NCBI RefSeq assembly: GCF_009914755.1 | Contig: NC_060927.1 | Strand: one strand, 5' to 3' | DNA length: 64,000 bases | Source of the DNA: the human T2T-CHM13v2.0 reference genome, Homo sapiens | Shown: one piece after another, positions 57,925 to 64,000 of the stretch | Numbering within the stretch: the first letter of the stretch is position 1 | Layout: the number at the start of each line of letters is the position of its first letter | Program-made: the position numbers and the translations under genes | The notes under the pieces: model-generated | The model's database searches: none | Told to the model about the DNA's origin: nothing | Seen by the model: only the letters and a program-made list of their open reading frames with translations

Positions 57925-58503
57925 GTTTGGTTCAGGAACCGGCGATTCAAATTGAAGAAGCAGCAGCAGCAGCAATCAGCAAAGCAACAAAACCAGATCC
58001 TTCCATCCAAGAAGAATGTGCCCACCTCCCCCAGAACATCCCCCAGTCCTTATGCTTTTTCTCCTGTGATTTCAGATTTCTACAGCTCCCTTCCATCTCA
58101 GCCCTTAGACCCTTCCAATTGGGCATGGAACTCTACCTTCACTGAGAGTTCTACCAGTGACTTCCAAATGCAAGATACTCAGTGGGAGAGGCTGGTGGCC
58201 TCGGTTCCTGCTTTGTACTCTGATGCCTATGACATATTCCAAATCATAGAACTGTACAATCTTCCTGATGAGAATGAGATATCCAGCTCTTCTTTCCACT
58301 GTCTGTATCAGTATCTCTCACCCACAAAGTACCAGGTAGGAGGACAGGGTTCCTCTCTCAGCATCTTTGCTGGTCCAGCTGTAGGCCTATCTCCTGCACA
58401 AACCTGGCCCAATATGACAAGCCAAGCCTTTGAAGCCTACAGTCTAACAGATAGCCTGGAATTCCAGAAAACCTCCAATATGGTAGACTTGGGATTTCTC
58501 TGA
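57925..58503 (+). CDS. ARGFX: ARGFX exon 5 coding part (VWFRNRR...MVDLGFL*): recognition helix with Arg50 and Ser/Pro/acidic C-terminal region
   Basis: CCCAG|GTT TGG TTC AGG AAC CGG; WFRNRR gives the Arg at position 50 that defines ARGFX; ORF 57874..58503. Confidence 0.96.
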   Translation, partial: VWFRNRRFKLKKQQQQQSAKQQNQILPSKKNVPTSPRTSPSPYAFSPVISDFYSSLPSQPLDPSNWAWNSTFTESSTSDFQMQDTQWERLVASVPALYSDAYDIFQIIELYNLPDENEISSSSFHCLYQYLSPTKYQVGGQGSSLSIFAGPAVGLSPAQTWPNMTSQAFEAYSLTDSLEFQKTSNMVDLGFL

Positions 58504-58513
58504 CCAGAGTACT

Positions 58514-58519
58514 AATAAA
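58514..58519 (+). terminator. ARGFX: Proximal AATAAA poly(A) signal starting 11 nt after the ARGFX stop codon
   Basis: AATAAA followed by a GT/T-rich downstream element (GTGGTCTTCTTG...). Confidence 0.55.
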
Positions 58520-59081
58520 TATAGATCATTTAGAAAAGTGGTCTTCTTGCCTCTTGTACATGACTGTTTTTTTCCTTTGTCTCATTTTAACCCAACATCT
58601 GGGTCTGTGTCTCTGATTTCCATGTAAATGTTGCAAAAAGAGTTTTCCAAGTAGAGCTGGGCACTACGTAATCAGCCCCACAAGTCTCCCTGAGAAGCCT
58701 GCCTAGTCCCTTTCATGGCCAATGAGACTCCAAAATTCCCTTCCCAAAACTATCTTGGATTTTCTAAAAGTAGGACAGTGGTTTTGGGGGTTATCCACTT
58801 TTATTTTTTTGAAACTAGCTCTCATTCTGTCACCCAGGCTGGAATACAGTGGTACAGTCACGGCTCACAAAAGCCTTGACCTCCTGGGCTCAGGTGATCC
58901 TCCCACCTCAGCCTCCTGAGTAGCTAGGACTACAGATGCTCGCCACCACACCTGGCTAATTTTTTTTTTTTGAGACTGAGTCTCGCACTGTCACCCAGGG
59001 TGGAGTGCAGTGGCGGGATCTCAGCTCAGTGCAACCTCCACCTCCTGGGGTTCAAGTGATTCTCCTGTGTCAGCCTCCTGA

Positions 59082-59357
<276 letters not shown>

Positions 59358-59495
59358 TAGGAATACAGGAGTGCACCATCGCACCCGGCTGGGTTATCTA
59401 GTTTAAAAACACTTTTTTTCAAGGAAACCGAAGAAACCATCATCCACTTTTCTCTCTGTATCATTCTGATTTTAGTATATGTGTTGTGGAAGTGA

Positions 59496-59693
<198 letters not shown>

Positions 59694-60151
59694 TGAGACT
59701 ACAGACATGCGCCACCATGTCTGGCTAATTTTTGTATTTTTAGTGGAGATGGGGTTTCGCCTTGTTGCCCAGGCTGAATTTGGGTTTTTTTAAAATGAGA
59801 CTTTCAGTCCTAATTTGAGGGGAAATTACTGTCACCACTAGTTTTAATATAGTACAATGAAAAAATAATATATATATATATAGTACAATGGTCCAGACAT
59901 AATAAGAGGTGTAAAAACTATCACAGGAAGAAATAAAAACAGATTTTTGAAGGTGAGATGATAAACTTGCAAAACTCACAAAATAAAGAGTCAAACTTTT
60001 AGAATGACAAGTTAGCATATTTTCCAGCCACATGATCAACCTACAAAATTAATACCATTTCTGAACACCAGTAATAAAGAAACATAAGGGCTGGGGGTGG
60101 TGGCTCATGCCTGTAATCCCAGCACTTTGGGAGGCCGAGGCGGGCGGATCA

Positions 60152-60478
<327 letters not shown>

Positions 60479-60822
60479 TTAATACCTCTGTGGAGAAAAC
60501 TTCAAAACTTAAAAAAGGACATAGAAAATGTTTTGAATAGGCCAGGCGCAGTGGCTCACACCTGTAATCCCAGCACGTTGGGAGGCCAAGGCGGGCAGAT
60601 CACGAGGTCAAGAGATCAAGACCATCCTGGCCAACATGGTGAAATCCTGCCTCTACTAAAAATACAAAAAAAAAAAAAAATTAGCTGGGCATGGTGGCAC
60701 ACACCTGTAGTCCCAGCTACTTGGGAGGCTGAGGCAGGAGAATCACAAGGATTGAAACTATGCAGTGTGTTCTCCAAACATGATGGAACGAAATTAGAAA
60801 TCAATAAAATTTGGGAAATTCA

Positions 60823-61098
<276 letters not shown>

Positions 61099-62144
61099 TC
61101 ATGAGTAAAATTGGAAAACACTTTTAACTGAAAAAAACAAAAGCACAACAAACCAAAACATGGGATGAAGCTAAATCAATGCTTAGAAGGAAATTTATAG
61201 CTTCAAATACTTATATACATATTTTTTAAAAGTAGCTTTACATAGGAAGGAAGTGGCATAGTTTTATCAATATCTGTCAAATTAAACTTCAAGGCAAAAC
61301 TTTTTTATTGAGATGGAGTCTTGCTCTGTCACCCAGGCCGTGCAATCTCGGCTCACTGCAACCTCCGCCTCCTGGGTCAAATGATTCTCCTGCTTTAGCC
61401 TCCCAAGTAGCTGGGACTACAGGTGTACGCCACCACACCCAGCTAATTTTTGTATTTTTAGTAGGGACAGGTTTTGCCATGTTGCCCAGGCTGGCCTCAA
61501 ACTCCTGAGCTCAAGTGATCCTCCCGTCTCAGCCTCCCAAAGGGCTGAGATTACAGGTGTGAGCTACCTCACCTGGCCAAAACAGTTTTTTTAGAAATGA
61601 AGTATATTAGACAACAACAAAAGGAACAACTAACCTGAAATATATAATAACTTTGAACTTAAATATACTTAACAACATATACCAAAAATATATGAGGCAA
61701 ATTTTAGCAAAAATTAAAATTCTTAAGAAAACTTCACTAATATATAGTCATAATGTGGTATATTCATAGAACATTCTCAATAATTGATAATAACAGTCCA
61801 AAGAAAGCAGAAAGAAGGAAAGCCTAGAACAGAAATAAATGAAATAGAGAATAGAAAAGCAATACAGAAAAAAAATTATGAAATCAAAAGCTGGTTCTTT
61901 GAAAAGATCTACAAAATGGCAAACATTTAGCTAGATTGACCACCCCCTCAAAAGACTCAAATTACTAGAATCAGAAACAAAAGTCAAGATTTTATTACCA
62001 AACTTATAGAAATAAAAATTATTAGAAAGAAATACTATGAACAATTGAATGCCAACAAATTAGATAAATGAAATGGACAAATTCCTAGGAAGACACAGAA
62101 TACCAAATCTGACTCCACAAGAAATAGATGTTGTGAATAGAGCT

Positions 62145-62578
62145 TGCTATGGTATGAATGTGTCCCCCACAGCTCATGCGTTGGAAACTTAATCCCCAAA
62201 GCAACAGCTTTGAGAGGTGAGACCTTTAAGGGTTACTAGGCAGAGCCCCCATGAATGGATTAATGCCATTATTGTGGGAGTGGGTTAGTTATCTCAGAAG
62301 TGGGTTCCTGATAAAAGGATGAGTTCGGCCTTCTTCTTCCCCAAAATCTTTATCCCCACCCCCACCTCTATCTTTCTCTCTCTCTCTTACCTCCTCCTCT
62401 CCCTTCCTTCTGCCATGGGAGGATGAAACATGAAGGCCCTGGCCAGGTGTGGCCCCTCCATCTTCCGTCTGAGACTGGAAGACTTCCCAGCCTTCAGAAC
62501 TGTAAGAAATAAATCTCTCTTCATAAATTACCCAGTCTCAGGTATTCTGTTATAACAACACAAAAACAGACTGAGACA
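62145..62578 (+). mobile_element. MaLR LTR (MST-type) inserted in L1; carries AATAAA at 62508-62513
   Basis: TGCTATGG...GACTGAGACA with 5-bp TSD GAGCT/GAGTT. Confidence 0.8.
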
Positions 62579-62810
62579 GAGTTATAACAAGCACAGAGAT
62601 TGAGTTAACAATTGAAAACTTCCCACAAAGAAAAGCCCAGTCCCAGATGGCTTCACTGCTAAATTCTACCAAAATGTTTAAAGAAGAATTAACACCAATC
62701 CTTCATAAACTTTTCCAAAAAAAACAAAAGAGGAGGGAACTCATTTTATGAGATCGATATTATCTGGATACCAAAGCTGAACAAAGACGCCATAAGGGAA
62801 CTACAGACTA

Positions 62811-63155
62811 TAGTGAGTATCCCCTATTGGAAATGCTTGGAACCAGAAGCGTTTCAGATTTGGAGTTTTTGGAATATTTGCACATACATAATGAGATATC
62901 TTGGGGATGGGACACCAGCCTAAACACAACTCATTTATGTTTCATATACACCTTATATACATAGCCTGAAGGTAATTGCACAATATTTTAAGTAACTCTG
63001 TGGATGAAACAAAGTTTCGAGTGCGTTTTGACTATGACCCACCATATGAGGCCAAGTGTGGAACTTTCCTCTTGTGGTGTCACATCAGCACTCAAATAAT
63101 TTTGGATTTTAAAGCATTTTGGAATTCAGATTTCAGATTGGGGATACTCAACCTG
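62811..63155. mobile_element. Tigger4/MER46-type DNA transposon fossil inside L1
   Basis: TGAGTATCCC...GGGATACTCAACCTG terminal inverted repeats followed by TA. Confidence 0.75.
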
Positions 63156-63196
63156 TAATACCTCTTCTGAATATAGACGCAAAAATCCTCAATAAG

Positions 63197-63297
63197 ATCC
63201 TTTTGTAGTTCATGAATGTGATGATTGGGCATTCACGTGGATGTGTGAGTGCTACCCTCGAAGCTTGTTTCAACATTGGCACATTATGCATCTGACT
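63197..63297 (+). pseudogene. Retroposed U13 snoRNA (SNORD13-like) copy
   Basis: ATCCTTTTGTAGTTCATGA..GTGATGATTGGG...GGCACATTA..TCTGAC matches U13; short A tail; TSD AAAT(C/T)CTCAATAA on both sides; inserted in L1. Confidence 0.85.
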
Positions 63298-64000
63298 TGA
63301 AAAAACAAATTCTCAATAAAATACTAACAAACTAAATTTAGCAACATATAAAAAGGATAGATACCATGACCAAGTAGGGTTTATTCAGGAATGGAAGATT
63401 GATTCAACATAAAAAAATTCATCAATGTAATACACGATATTAATAGAATAAAGGACAAAAACCACATGATCATCTTGCTGGGCACAGAAAAAGCATTTGA
63501 TGAAGATCCACACTCTTTCTTGATTCACTCAACAAACTAGAACAAACTATCAAACTCCTCTCCTTCAACTTGATAAAGGCCATCTACAAAAATCCACAGG
63601 TAACATTGTACTTATTGGTGGAAGACTGAATGCTTCCCCCCTAAGATCAGGAACAAGTGAAGTGTGGCCACTCTCACCACTCTTGTTAAACATAGTGCTG
63701 GAAGTTCTAGGCAGGGAAAAACAGCAAGAAAAGGAAGTTAAAGGCATCCAAATCGCAAAGAAAGAAGTTAAAATATTTTTGTTAACAGATGGCATGGTCT
63801 TGAAAATCCTAAGGAATCCACAAGAAAACTATTAGAACTAATAAACCAGTTCAGCAAAGTTTCAAGATACAAGATCAGTGTAGAAATTTTTTACAATTTT
63901 CAACTGCTATTTGCTCATTCCAAATAAGTTTACCTCCAAGGACATATATGTATGAAGAATCCAGGGGAAAGGTTAATTCGATGGCTGTTAATCACAGCCA

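Noticed and set aside
63565-63795. 76-aa minus-strand ORF
   Set aside because: Antisense reading of decayed L1 ORF2.

Overview
Primate (almost certainly human, chr3q13.33) genomic DNA that is very rich in Alus. It contains two divergently transcribed genes about 22 kb apart. On the minus strand are the CpG-island promoter and exons 1-7 of POLQ (DNA polymerase theta; start of the N-terminal SF2 helicase-like domain). On the plus strand is the complete embryo-genome-activation PRD-like homeobox gene ARGFX: a putative non-coding exon 1 plus four coding exons totalling 315 aa, with exon 3 derived from an antisense Alu. The rest is mostly interspersed repeats: dozens of Alu/FLAM/FAM copies, L1/L2, ERV1 and MaLR solo LTRs, Tigger/Charlie DNA transposon fossils and a retroposed U13 snoRNA copy. 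The most interesting structure lies in ARGFX intron 3. It holds an ancient, frame-preserving paralog of coding exon 2 (51322-51425, GC donor), followed by a recent, open-frame, splice-competent second copy of the Alu exon (51871-51987) that arrived in a rearranged B-A-C duplication with microhomology junctions. A tandem acceptor also switches the exon-1 ATG between an out-of-frame uORF and an in-frame extension. All alignments were done by eye and repeat subfamily names are from memory, so both need confirming with Dfam/RepeatMasker.
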